Positions 26,019 to 39,287 of a stretch of DNA of 64,000 bases are shown here, piece after piece. The stretch is taken from the NCBI RefSeq assembly GCF_044704955.1, contig NC_091977.1, positions 13,454,001 to 13,518,000 of the forward strand, written 5' to 3'. How positions within the stretch are numbered: the stretch's first letter is position 1; each line of letters begins with the position of its first letter. The DNA is from Pristiophorus japonicus (Eukaryota). The position numbers were made by a program, and so were the translations under genes. The notes beneath the pieces are model-generated. The model did not search any database. It worked only from the letters and a program-made list of their open reading frames with translations, and was not told the origin of the DNA.

Positions 26019-28386
26019 AAGGTCTCTGTGATTTTCAATGTCCTTCTTTCAGGCACTTCACTGTCGCCGTTTTACTTTTGGAACAACACAGCCGTCACAA
26101 GGTGAATCTGTCTCTGGTTTCGGTGCTTCTTTTTAAGGCTTGAAGTCTGCCATTCAAATTGATAGGCTGGGCTTGAAACCTTTCGGCAACTGGAATCTTG
26201 CTATTTCAGATTTTCACCCGCATCCTCAGCTCTTCAAATCCCAATTTTTATATATATATATATATATGTTGCTCCACTTTTATCCTCACTGTTTGAGTTC
26301 TCTTCTCCACCTCCCCGGACACTAACTCTTGGCTCCCGGCTCGGGTGAATTGGGAGGTAATCTGCTCTCAGTCGCCAGCCTTGATCTAACCGTCACGATG
26401 TAGAGGGTGAAGGGTTGAGTGAAACAGAACAGCCTAGACTCAAGTTAAGGTTTAACATCCATGAGAATACAAGCCAGTTTGATTAACAATTTCTGTATTT
26501 TAAAAAAAGGCTGCATATGGAGCGTAGCAGAAACATATATTGATATATATATATATACACACATGTGCAATAATTGCTGAATATCAATTGGCAAGGTTTG
26601 AAAATAACCCTTTTAAGTACTGTAATGCATTTATTGTAATGTATATAAGTAAACATTAAATTGGATGGTGGATCAAATTTTACCAGCTGTGGCAGTACCC
26701 CTGCTACACACATGGACAGACGCCCAAAGACTATTTGAAATGTTGCGTGCCATCATTCTGTCTGCTCTTCCATTATTCTGCACATAGTGCAGCAGTGTCT
26801 GCAACTTGTTGAGATTGTAACACAGGCACGGGCTATCGATGATGGGTGGTCCCTCTCAAGAGACAGTAATCATCAAGCTCCCAGGCTATGAGTGCATCAC
26901 ATGTCCTGATATGGAGCCATGTGGACTGTGAGGGTCCCGGGTTTGATCTCTGGCCTCCACTGAGTTCAGTGGCATAACTACTGGTTCCTTGACTGATATC
27001 CCCATATTCGGCTGGGGAGTGGGGAGAACACAATCCCCCTGGGTCCCCGCTCTTCAAAGGCCCCCACCCTGGTCAAATTGCTTACAGTTATTCAGACCTG
27101 AGCAATGGGCATTCTGGTGAGATGGCACAGGTAATTGGAGTATTTATAATCAGCAAATAACTACCTTCTGGAGAGAAACTAGCCGAGGGGGGAGGGCGTG
27201 AGGGTGTTAGTTTAAAAAAAAAACCTTTGGAAAGAGCTGTGCAAAATTCATTAAAATTGTTGCTTTAAATGCATTACTGTGCAGGCGAGGATTGGATGTC
27301 GAAAATAAGTTTATATAACATTATACCGGTCGGCTTTGAAGCACAGACACCTCAGTGCTCTCGTACACCATTCCTTCCTCTGCTATTTCCAGAGAGGCGT
27401 TAACCCATTTCAAAAAATTAAAGACTTGTATTTAAATAAAGGGAGACAATGCTAAAAATACCGAGCAGGCTAGTCAGCATCTGTGAAGGGAAAAGAGGCA
27501 GGTTGATGTTTTGGGAGTGATATGCAGACCTGCTGTATATGCCCAGTTTGTTTAGTTGTGCACCCATTCTTTACATTTTGTTTTTAAAACATTTTTTTAA
27601 CACGGTTCAAGCAAATAAATGACAAATAGTGAATGAAGGAATTTTGTACGGACGTGCTGAGTGTTTATACGGAAATTCCAAACCTTTGTCTTCTCACGGT
27701 ATCATGTCTTCTATCTCCCGCTGCTCCTTAATTTATAGAATTACGCCGTATTGTCCCTTTAAGCCTTAACCATCCAAGTTAGCAATAACTGATGTGGGGA
27801 ACTACAATAAACTGCAGCCAGTGGTATACGTGTTTTCAGTAATAATAAGTACTTTGATAATTGACTTTTAAGCGTCTGTCAGAGGCTGGTTGCAATTCAA
27901 TGATAAAACTCTTGAGTGTCCTTATAGTAAAAAATGCATTTTGTATTGTGAATTGAACAACTGTTTCTTGACTTGAACAGAGTATGCACGTAAATGCTCT
28001 CCATGTTACCAGTGCACTGAATCCATATACAAACTCTAAAGGGACACTATTGTCGTTGGCTAACCTACACTGCAATTTGAATCTATTGGCTGTCCGATTT
28101 GACTTGTACATATGTTTCAGAAACCTCAGGTGGGCTAGTAGCTCTTTCGACGCAGAGTTCCTTCGCCCCGCTCAAGTGGGCCGGAGCTCAAATCGCAGCC
28201 TCAACCTCACGATTACCCTCTCCTGGGCTGTTTCTCTGGTTCATGATCCGGGGGCAGGAGGAGAGATCAACATGGAGTCTTGCCCTTGCCCTCTTACTGT
28301 GTGTGTCACTTAACTCCGGGGGTGGGGGAATCTTATGGGCCGCATGGGTATGCACCAAAAAACCCTGGGATAGGCAACACAATATT

Positions 28387-29075
28387 GGCCCGTAATTTGC
28401 AGTGGGTAGTAAACAGTGAACAGTCAGCGTTCGCTGTTACTACTCCTTTGAGACTCACCGCAACTTCAGGATTTAGCGCACGCGCATCCTAACGCGAAAA
28501 TCCTGAAGTTGCGGTCAGTCGTTCACTGCTCCGACACTGGCCGTGCTGTGTGTCCTCTCCCCCCACCCCCATAGCCGGCAATCCGGGAAATCAGTGAAAC
28601 TGATGAAAGCATTAGCTTTCCTGCGGTAATATCGCTGTTAGACCTTGTTGGATTAGGTGTAACTGGGGTTTTAACAGCGCAAACAAAGGTGATGGCCCTG
28701 GTAATCTAATTTTAATTTTGTGGAGTGTCAAATTTCCCCATTATAATAAAAATTTAAATTTTTAACAATTTTTATTAAATTATTTATTTCAGTTTTATCT
28801 TTTCCCCGTGTGAGAGCCCCAATCTTCATTCTAACATCATTTTAAAGTCCGAATCAAAGCAGCTTCTTCACTTCCTGGTTTCCCGGTCTGTGAGAATTCT
28901 GCAATGTGATTGGTTGCTGAGACAGCGTGTTGACGTCACAGCAGCTTGCCCTGTGGGATTCCCACTTCACTGAACTGAACCTCTGGCCACGGAGACCGGG
29001 AGATCTTTGTGGGCCGCTTTCTCCGGACCCAGCGGCGAGCGTCTTTGCTTTACCGCTGACCGCAAATTTCAGGCC
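28387..29075. mobile_element. Harbinger-type MITE, ~690 bp
   Basis: TIRs GGCCCGTAATTTGC and GCAAATTTCAGGCC; TSD ATT on both sides. Confidence 0.75.
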
Positions 29076-31303
29076 ATTTACTTTAAACCCGCCTTCCCAT
29101 CGGTTGGCCTTTACCTCAAGCTGTTGATAGTAACAGATCTTGGTGTTCTGATTTAGGATTTATCCACCGGTCCTTTCCAAAACATCCACACCCTTTGGGG
29201 GCAGTTTTAACCTGACGTCCCGGGACCGGGTGAAAAACTGGTTTTTGCACCTTGCCCGATTTTAGTCTAAGTTTATTGGAGGAAAGTGTTCCATCCAATC
29301 CCATGGGTTTCCCGTTAGATCAAAATTGCCCCACCCATGAAATTCACACAGGACAACACCAGCGAGCAAGCAGTAAAGGTATACATAGCATCTGAGCTTT
29401 TGAGGGCTGGATGGGCAGGGGCTTGTTGGGATGTACCCTCCGATTCACAGGCTGGTACACTCTGGCTAGGCTGATCCAGGTACCATCTGCAGTCTAGACA
29501 GCCCTGCACCAATAAGGATTTAGATCTTGTGAAGTTTGGAGAGTGGGGGAGGGAATAATCCCGGTATATTTACATTGTTGCTTCAACCTGCTTCAACAAA
29601 AAGTTTAACTAAAAACACAAAAAATGCTTGCAAACCAGGGGCGAGGCAATTCAAACTGGTCCCCTACCTATCCCAATCAAAGCGTGTGTCGACCCTCTTT
29701 AAAACATGGCAGGCAAATCTACTTTGAGTTGGATAAAGGCTCCCCTGTCCTGTTACCTGCCCCGTCGCCCTTGCAGAATTCCAAGGTGACATGCAAAATA
29801 TTCCACAAACTTTGGGATAATCAACCAAATAACTGCAGTTATTACACTTTCACATTTTAATTTGGAAACTCCTCAGCAATGGCAAATGGATGTCATAGCT
29901 GGGTAGGGGAAAGAACAATTTAATTATTAATCTCCACTGAGGCAGAGAAATGTGGCTGTCCGAGCTGATGTGTACTCCAAGTGAACATGTACTGTGAGCA
30001 CATTATTACTGTGAGCACATTATTACTGCAATGATTACTTCTGAGTTCGGTGCACAGTAGTTTGAAATGTTATCTGTATTGCTTGACTGAAAGCCCATGT
30101 CACGGTCTCTGATCTTAGTTGCGCACTGCCTACTTCTGATAGAGAATATCCATCTGTAGCCCTTCTTACAGTGGGCTGTATGTGGTGGGCTGTGGTACAT
30201 TCAGGCTTACACGCCCATCCACTTCAGTGTCCTGATCTATTGATCAGGGTACGGACAGATGGAGGAAAAGGCCAAGTCAAGGACCCAATACAGATGTGAG
30301 CTGGCTCTGGTGAATGTCGATGTACTGACGTTCTCTGATTGTAATCCCAATAAGAGGTTAGACGACATTCAGCTTTGCAACATCCACCAACACAGTGCAA
30401 GAAAAAAATAACGTGGCTTGAACTCTTTCTGTTAATAGCGCGCTATTTCTGATTGTGTGAGATATCAATTCTGTCATCTTTGCTCTAAAGAAATGTTATC
30501 TTGTGTAATAACAAACCAACCAGCTTGGTCAGTAGTGGGCAGTGAAACACTTGGTTTTAACGTTTGAAGTTGTAGAGTTTAAAGCCGGAGTGAAATTTCC
30601 CCACCCTCCGCCGGCTGGACATGCTCCCCTCCCCCTCCTCCTCCTGCGGACCCTATGGCCAGGATTTCCGATCCCTCCTCTGTGATTTGACACGGATATA
30701 CCTTCTCCCAGTGGATTCTTGGAACTATTGATGGCACCAGGACTGCAGTGCATCCCCCTCACTGGAAATCCATGATGCCGGAGGTGACAAATTAGGAAAG
30801 GGTGTCAATTCAACAGATTAACTGCGGTGAAACATGTCATTAAAGCTGACTTTTTAAATATATCAAAACAAAACACTCAATTGTATACCTTTGATTGATT
30901 GTTCAGAACTCCAGGGTTAATGCCAACACATGGGATACTGTCTCTTTAATGAATGTATTGTAAACTTTCTGTGAAAATGCACAATTGTACAAACTGAAGA
31001 TGTCTGACCGAGTTTCCTGGGCGTGAGATGTGTGTCAGTCCCTTTCATTACCTGTAAATTTAGTTGTTCCACAGGCTTCTTTGCTGCTGGTCAGCTGTAC
31101 CTGTTTCAGTTCAAAGTCTACACTTGATGACCTGCAAGGTAATGCTGTCGAAAGAAGTGTCAATGTACATGTTGAGAATCAGTGGAATATTGAAACCGCC
31201 AGATTGGTCACGGACCCAAGTGACTTGTACAGCTACAGCTCCAACACGACGCTCATAGTTACAGACCATCCTAAACCTCAACTTCGGGTCACACTTGCAA
31301 CAT

Positions 31304-33580
31304 GGTCATGGTCCTGTCGACTGAAGCCTAGGGTCATGGTCCTGTAGTTTGTAGCCCAGGGTCATGGTCCTGTAGACTGAAGCCCAGGGTCATGGTCCTG
31401 TAGACTGAAGCCTAGGGTCATGGTCCTGTAGACTGAAGCCTAGGGTCATGGTCCTGTAGACTGAAGCCTAGGGTCATGGTCCTGTAGACTGAAGCCTAGG
31501 GTCATGGTCCTGTAGTTTGTAGCCCAGGGTCATGGTCCTGTAGACTGAAGCCTAGGGTCATGGTCCTGTAGTTTGTAGCCCAGGGTCATGGTCCTGTAGA
31601 CTGAAGCCTAGGGTCATGGTCCTGTAGACTGAAGCCTAGGGTCATGGTCCTGTAGTTTGTAGCCCAGGGTCATGGTCCTGTAGACTGAAGCCTAGGGTCA
31701 TGGTCCTGTAGACTGAAGCCTAGGGTCATGGTCCTGTAGTTTGTAGCCCAGGGTCATGGTCCTGTAGACTGAAGCCCAGGGTCATGGTCCTGTAGTTGTA
31801 GCCCAGGGTCATGGTCCTGTAGGATGTAGCCCAGGGTCATGGTCCTGCAGACTGTAGCCTAGGGTCATGGTAATGTCGACTGAAGCCCAGGGTCATGGTC
31901 CTGTAGACTGAAGCCCAGGGTCATGGTAATGTCGACTGAAGCTCAGGGTCATGGTCCTGTAGGTTGTAGCCCAGGGTCATGGTCCTGTAGGTTGTAGCCC
32001 AGGGTCATGGTCCTGTAGGTTGTAGCCCAGGGTCATGGTCCTGTAGGTTGTAGCCCAGGGTCATGGTCCTGTAGACTGAAGCCCAGGGTCATGATCCTGT
32101 AGACTGAAGCCCAGGGTCATGATCCTGTAGGTTGTAGCCCAGGATCATGGTCCTGTAGACTGAAGCCCAGGGTCATGGTCCTGTAGACTGAAGCCCCAGG
32201 TCATGGTCCTGTAGACTGAAGCCCAGGGTCATGGTCCTGTATTATGAAGCCCAGTGTCACGGTCCTGTAGACTGAAGCCCAGGGTCATGGTCCTGTAGGT
32301 TGTAGCCCAGGGTCATGGTCCTGTAGACTGAAGCCCAGGGTCATGATCCTGTAGACTGAAGCCCAGGGTCATGGTCCTGTAGGTTGTAGCCCAGGGTCAT
32401 GGTCCTGTAGACTGAAGCCCAGGGTCATGATCCTGTAGACTGAAGCCCAGGGTCATGGTCCTGTAGGTTGTAGCCCAGGATCATGGTCCTGTAGACTGAA
32501 GCCCAGGGTCATGATCCTGTAGACTGAAGCCCAGGGTCATGATCCTGTAGACTGAAGCCCAGGGTCATGGTCCTGTAGGTTGTAGCCCAGGATCATGGTC
32601 CTGTAGACTGAAGCCCAGGGTCATGGTCCTGTAGACTGAAGCCCAGGGTCATGGTCCTGTATTCTGAAGCCCAGTATCACGGTCCTGTAGACTGAAGCCC
32701 AGGGTCATGGTCCTGTAGACTGAAGCCCAGGGTCATGGTCCTGTAGACTGAAGCCCAGGGTCACGGTCCTGTAGACTGAAGCCCAGGGTCACGGTCCTGT
32801 AGACTGAAGCCCAGGGTCACGGTCCTGTAGACTGAAGCCCAGGGTCACGGTCCTGTAGACTGAAGCCCAGGGTCACGGTCCTGTAGACTGAAGCCCAGGG
32901 TCACGGTCCTGTAGACTGAAGCCCAGGGTCACGGTCCTGTAGACTGAAGCCCAGTGTCACGGTCCTGTAGACTGAAGCCCAGGGTCATGGTCCTGTAGAC
33001 TGAAGCCCAGGGTCATGGTCCTGTAGACTGAAGCCCAGGGTCACTGTCCTGTAGGTTGTAGCCCAGGGTCATGGTCCTGTAGACTGAAGCCCAGGGTCAT
33101 GGTCCTGTAGACTGAAGCCCAGGGTCATGGTCCTGTAGACTGAAGCCCAGGGTCATGGTCCTGTAGACTGAAGCCCAGGGTCATGGTCCTGTAGACTGAA
33201 GCCCAGGGTCATGGTCCTGTAGACTGAAGCCCAGGGTTATGGTCCTGTAGTCTGAAGCCCAGAGTTATGGTCCTGTAGACTGAAGCCCAGGGTCACGGTC
33301 CTGTAGACTGAAGCCCAGGGTCACGGTCCTGTAGACTGAAGCCCTGGGTCACGGTCCTGTGGGTGTAATTCAGGGTCATGGTCCTGTAGGTTGTAGCCCA
33401 AGGTCATGATCCTGTAGGTTGTAGCCCAGGGTCATGGTCCTGTAGGTTGTAGCCCAGGGTCATGGTCCTGTGGACTGAAGCCCAGGGTCATGGTCCTGTG
33501 GTTGTAGCCTAGGGTCACTGTCCTGTGGGTTGTAGCCCAATGTTCTGGTCTGGGCTGAAGAGCAATGTCATGGTCCTGTA
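31304..33580. repeat. 28-bp minisatellite, ~80 copies (GGGTCATGGTCCTGTAGACTGAAGCCCA)
   Basis: Regular 28-bp period with clustered variant units. Confidence 0.98.
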
Positions 33581-34266
33581 AACTGTGGTGAGTGTGCACT
33601 GCCAATGGAACTGTCTGGGAAAGCTCAGGCTTTTGCTCGAGGTGATGTATCTTTCTTTCATTGCCACAGGTTAGTTCCAAGCTGGTGCACAGTCACGTCA
33701 GGTCAGGCGACTGACGAGCCGCTGATAGAAAGAAACAGATTCTGATACCATGCCTTGTGCAACGCAAAGGGACGACTGATTGCTCTTTCATACTGAAATT
33801 AAAATTGCAACCAGCTTTGTCAGAATCGGGGTAACGTATTTAGTCGTCACCAATGAAACCGCTGTCTGACCTGTTGAGCAGGTCTCAATATCTTTTTTGG
33901 GGGGGTGGGGGCGATTTACAGCACAGACCATTGTCTCATGTTACAGTTCAGCAAAAACTGAAGAGCTCAGAATGTAGCGGAGTTGCCCTCATATTGCTTT
34001 TGCTTATACCAGTGTGGATTTTATGTGTTCGCTCAATCAATGCTTTATGTTCTGTTGTAAGAAGATTTAATGTGTTGATCTCTGAGTGTGGTGATTTGCA
34101 GGTTCTTTAATTGGACACAGCCATTTGCCACTGTGACTGTACGATCACCCCTAACCTACTCGCGTACGCGCGCTGCGCTGCGTGTTTCTTTTGACCCATA
34201 TTTATAAGGGAAGCTGTAAAGATGATTACTTGTATTATGAAAGCAATGCTGTGTAAATATTGTATC

Positions 34267-34272
34267 AATAAA
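34267..34272 (+). promoter_or_regulatory. Candidate distal polyadenylation signal
   Basis: AATAAA preceded by TGTA motifs, followed by ATTAAA and GT/T-rich sequence. Confidence 0.5.
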
Positions 34273-34578
34273 AGCAAATTAAAGGTTCTGCTAATGATTT
34301 CATGTCTTGTATCCCGTAAAGCGAAGTAAATCACTGTTTGTTGGCTAACGTGATTGGTAAAGGGACAGAATGTTAGGGGTACAACTAAATGTTACACAGG
34401 TTAACGGTTGGTGTTCCTAACAGTTTTTCTCGAAAGAGAGCCAGGTATTGTAATGCAGAGAGAACCAGGTATTGTAAAGACTGCTCATTATGCATCCCAT
34501 CTGATTTTCCATTCAATTAATGTTATTGCTACCACCTGTGTTACACACCAACAGAATGTGAATTTTAGCTCCATGGGC

Positions 34579-34670
34579 TCACTGATTCATTGTAATGTTG
34601 CAATCACTGGTTCATTGTAATATTACATTCACTGATTCATTGTGATATTGCAATCATTGGTTCATTATAA
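34579..34670. repeat. Degenerate 25-bp tandem repeat; similar units resume after the SINE (~35120-35240)
   Basis: TCACTGATTCATTGTAATGTTGCAA-like units at 34579, 34604, 34629 and 34654. Confidence 0.7.
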
Positions 34671-34671
34671 T

Positions 34672-35118
34672 TTTTTTTAATATTCGTTCATGAGATGTGG
34701 GTGTCGCTGGCAAGGCTGGCATTTATTGCCCATCCCTAATTGCCCTTGAGAAGGTGGTGGTGAGCTGCCTTCTTCAACTGCTGTTCTTTGTAGCAGTTTT
34801 GATACAACTGAGTGTCTTGCTCGGCCATTCCAGAGGGCAGTTAAGAGTCATTGCTGTGAATCACCTATAGGCCAGACTGGGTAAGGACAGCAGATTTATT
34901 TCCCTAAAGAACATTAGTGAACCAGATGGGTTTTTACAATAATCCGGTAGTTTCATGGTCACCATTACTGATACTAGCTTTTCATTTCAAATTTATTTAA
35001 TTACCTGAATTTAAATTCCGCAGCTGCCGTGGTTGGGATTAGAACTCATTTCTCTGGATCATTAATCCAGGCCTCTGGATTACTAGTCCAGTAACATAAT
35101 CACTATGCTACCGTTCCC
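34672..35118 (-). mobile_element. tRNA-derived SINE with LINE-like tail
   Basis: Minus-strand head GGTAGCATAGTGA (A-box-like) ... GAGTTCTAATCCC (B-box-like); A-rich 3' end at 34672. Confidence 0.75.
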
Positions 35119-36129
35119 TAATATTTGTTCATCATAATATAACAATCATTTGTACATTGAACCAGAGATTGCAATATTACAATGTAATATTACAACCATT
35201 GGTATATTGTGATATTGCATTCACTGGTCCATCAATCAATATTTCAAATAAAGCCTCAAAAAGTAAAAATAGATAACAATGGCAGTTACTGTAATGAAAG
35301 GTCCGAATGAAAACATTAACCTATTTTTCTCTTTCAGATGCTGACTGCCCTGCTTTGCATTTCTGCCATTTACTGTTTTTAATTTCAGATGGAGGTTTGT
35401 GTCAGGGGTGTTGCTTATTTCTCACAGGGATCTCTGATTGCAGCAATGGTCTGAGAAGATCTTCCCCTGATGGATGGAGAGAAAATTGAAAACTCAGGAT
35501 GGCAAATCTGGAAGGAAAAGGTTCTCACTGGTCAGTGTGTGTTATGATCTGGAACGCACTGCCTGAAAGGGCGGTGGAAGCAGATTCAATAGTAACTTTC
35601 AAAACGGAATTGGATAAATACTTGAAGGAGAGGAAATTTGCAGGGCTATTGCAAAAGGGCAGGGGAATTGGGACTAATTGGATAGCTCTTTCAAAGAGCT
35701 GGAACAGGCACGATGAGCATAATGGTCTCCTGTGCTAAATCATTCTATGATTCTATGATGATAATAGAAGTATATCAGGAGGATATGTAATGTTGGCCTT
35801 TATTGCAAAGGGGGATGGAGTATAAAAGCAGAAAAGTCCTGCTATAACTGTACAGGGTATTGGTGAGGCCACATCTGGAGTACTGCGTACAGTTTTGGTC
35901 TCCGTATTTAAGGAAGGATATACTTGCATTGGAGGCTGTTCGGAGAAGGTTCATTAGGTTGATTCCGGCAATGAGGGGGTTGACTTATGAAAATAGGTTG
36001 AGTAGGTTGGTCCTGAACTCATTGGAGTTCAAGGTGATCTTATTGAAACATATACAATAATGAGGGGCTCGACAAAGTGGATGCAGAGAGGATATTCCCA
36101 CATAGAGGAAACTAAAACTAGAGGATATA

Positions 36130-39100
36130 GGGCTAGAACCTCCACTTTTTTTGCATGCTTAACGCCCACTTAACATGCATTTTACCACTGAAATGACGTA
36201 TAACACCCATATATCGCCCATTCTGGCACAAAATGGAAACTGATGGGCTTTTTTAGGAGACGTATTGCCGAGCATTATTTTCCCAATGAGCTTAACGGCG
36301 AGAAAAAATATCACCGCCCGGCCACTTTTTTGGGGCGGAATCAGCAGAATGGGCGAATTCAACGCCCATAATATTGTCCAGCATTACGTTCCGCACAGAA
36401 TTAACGGCAATATTCAAAATTAACGCCCGCCCACTGTTTTTTGTCGTAAAGAGCATATTTACCCAAACTATCGGCCATGGAGATCGCCCATCTTCAGTTT
36501 CACCACCTCGCACACATATCGCCCACAATATCGCTCGCTCAAAAAAACACCCACAAAAAGTGGAACTAACCAGAAAGAACGCCAGCGGTGTGGCTGGCAC
36601 TTGTTAAATCCCACTCTTACATGTGGAGCTGATATCAGAAAGATTTTACTGAAAGAATGCTGATGTGAGTGACAACGCTGACACACTGCTATGTGTGTGC
36701 AGCTCAGACATCAATGGTGCCCATCACCTTGGTGCCAGTTAAAGTTTATGTTGATTGATGTTAAGTTGTATTTAACCCTTTCATGGTAAGGAATCACTAG
36801 TGTGTAATGGTCCAGCTATCTGAGACAATGCGCAACAAGGTTATGCTCAATAACAAAAGCTTAATACCAACATTGGTCTGAAATCATAAGTATCACAGCC
36901 AATAATTCCCAACCCCTGCCCACATCCCACTTTTTCCATCATTGACATAAATCATATGTTCAACATGTCCAGCAACACAGAATACAAAGGCAAAACAGGA
37001 GCATGGTCCCCAGCTCCCATACATTGCAACAAATTGCATACACCCAGATGGAGATATAACACAGCCATCACCTGCGCACATGCACCTCACTTTCCTTGCC
37101 CCCTCTCCTTCTCCCCACCTCTACTCCTTCTCCTTCTTGCTCCAAGGCGTTTGGCCGAGGAGCTCCTCAGGCGGTGCCTCATTGGGGGGGATGAAGGCAG
37201 AGGTGGGAGCGGGGGGTGCCGAGGGGGCAACATTCTCTGATGCAGAAGCAGGATCTTGGTCCTTGCTCTCATCTGTCATTCGTAGCGATGGTACAGAACC
37301 TAGGGGTGCAGTGCCATGCTCTGGGACCACTGGGAGAGCTGTGGCAACAGTGTTCCTGGCTATCGCATCAAGGGCCTCTGCCATCCGCAGAATGTACTCG
37401 GTTGTGGTGGCCAGGTGTCGGGATATGCCCCCCCCAAAACTTTGATGAGCTGTTCACCAATGTCTACAGTCCTCCTGGACAACTGTACCGTCTCTCCGTT
37501 GTCATGTGACACTCGTGGAACAGACCTGCCACGTCCACGAGGCCTCCGCGGGGTCAGTGCCATCCTGGGGACAAATGGGTGCCCTGTGGAGAGGTGTTTG
37601 AGGCCAGCACCTCCAGAGTGGAGGCGGGAATGATCGGAGGACCAATAGATGGCCTTGGGGTGGCATAGGTTCTGGAGCGTGGCAATCTCATCCGTCAAGA
37701 ACAGACCAAGCGGATTGACAGGCGACAATTGGAGCTCCTCCGCACCAGATGTAGTCGGATCATCCACCGACTCCTGCCCTGCGCAACCACCTTCAGGCCT
37801 CTGTGGCCTTGTCTGGGGCCGCGTTGCTGGCTGAACTGCAAGACACAAATGAGGTTGTTAGAGGAGAAAGGGGTGCTAGGGTGACAAGGTGAGTCCAGCG
37901 CTACACACAACATATGCACGACAAAAGCACCACCACTCTCAAATTCATCGCACGCATCACATTTCATGACCATCAACACATTGTGCATTGCAATGACTTT
38001 CATTAGGCTAGCATTATATCTATGACACTTTTAGAAATCATCTATCATATATGATTGTTCGGATATGAGTGGGTGTGGCATCTATTGACTTTACATCACG
38101 CAATGGTGTAAGCTTTACTCACGTGGCATCACTTCAGGGTCTGCAGATGCGTCCGGGGCTGTCCGGAGGTGCTTCCCCACGAGTGCGAGCACCCGCTCCT
38201 CCATCTCAGTGATGTCGCTGGGGACTGGTGACCCCCCACCCGTTCGCCTCTGCACGGACCTCATCGTCGATAGCTTCTTCTGTAAAAGGTGACAGGACGA
38301 CATGGCATAAGATCATTGCGTGATAACATTGCTAGGTACTGTCACAGAGACTGATACAAGACATAACCCACAGATGTAATCATGATTATTATGATTATTA
38401 TCATTGTTTACCTAAAGACGTGCAGCGTGATCACAGGTCTTGAGTTAAACATTCCCGGTAAAAGTGCAAGACCTCACATCTGCTGATAGTCACCCATGAC
38501 TGTTACAAATCAAATTATATAAATACATAGGTACATGTAAATCAATGTAATACTTACTCTTGCGGATCCCACAAGGTCGTTCCATCGTTTGTGGCATTGG
38601 TTGCCCTCACGCACCTCATTGGTCACCGACGAGACCACCTCTGCTATCTCGGTCCATATCTTCTGGTAGGCCTTTGGGATGGGCTTCCCACACCCTCCCT
38701 GTGTCAAATCACCCCAGCGTGACTCAACCTCCTGCAGGAGGGAGGCATTTGCCTAGTGTGAGAACCTCCTGGATCTTTTGCTCCCTCCAAAGTGCTCCTC
38801 TTCCATCTCACTGCTCTCTCCAGCGTCAGTCTCCTCCTCTCCCTCCATTATAGGGAAAACTCAGTCAAATATGTGGCTGGTAACAGCTACTTTTTGTTTG
38901 ACTACTTGCTGTGAAACTCTAAAGTCTCCCTCCTTCCTCCCAAAGCAGCCATACCACACCCTGACACGCCTTAAGTCCCTCTGAGCTCCCTTGCTCTCTG
39001 TCTACTCTTCGGCACATGTCATGGTGACCCTTGACCTCCTGAAACGTGGGAATCGAGCATTGCCATGCCATTGCTAAGGACAGCCACAATTTACGGCAGA

Positions 39101-39287
39101 ATGTCAAAAACATTCAACGCTACCACCCATTTGATATCGCTCACGGTAACGGCCATTTTCAAAAATGTAAACTAGGTGTTTTGAGAATGGGCGAGAAGCC
39201 AGCGATCTGAAAACTCTTTTTTACCACCCATGCCGGAAATAACGGCCATTTTTTGGGCGATAAACCCAAAAGTGGAGGTTCTAGCCC
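36130..39287 (-). mobile_element. Non-autonomous PIF/Harbinger DNA transposon, 3158 bp
   Basis: Perfect 20-bp TIRs GGGCTAGAACCTCCACTTTT; TSD ATA; internal Myb/SANT gene; no transposase seen. Confidence 0.93.
37087..38848 (-). pseudogene. Harbinger Myb/SANT-like DNA-binding protein gene, 3 exons, disrupted
   Basis: Exon 1 38848-38558 (KRSRRFSH*...WTEIAEVV...QCHKRWNDL, donor GTAAGT); exon 2 38279-38123 (RRTGGG, donor GTGAGT); exon 3 from 37835. TAG at 38755-38753 and a probable frameshift near 37430. Confidence 0.85.

Larger units (their letters stand above)
23189..34300 (+). other. Putative long NAT8L 3' UTR
   Basis: AU-rich, CR1-free sequence; AATAAA at ~24632, ~25592, ~27435, ~27614 and 34267; the true end is not determinable from sequence. 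Confidence 0.5.

Noticed and set aside
29991-30028. 17-bp direct duplication ACTGTGAGCACATTATT
   Set aside because: A simple two-copy slippage event with no further structure.
31304-33580. CRISPR-like regular repeats (also 1092-1248 and 17740-22275)
   Set aside because: Head-to-tail units without unique spacers, no cas genes, vertebrate context.
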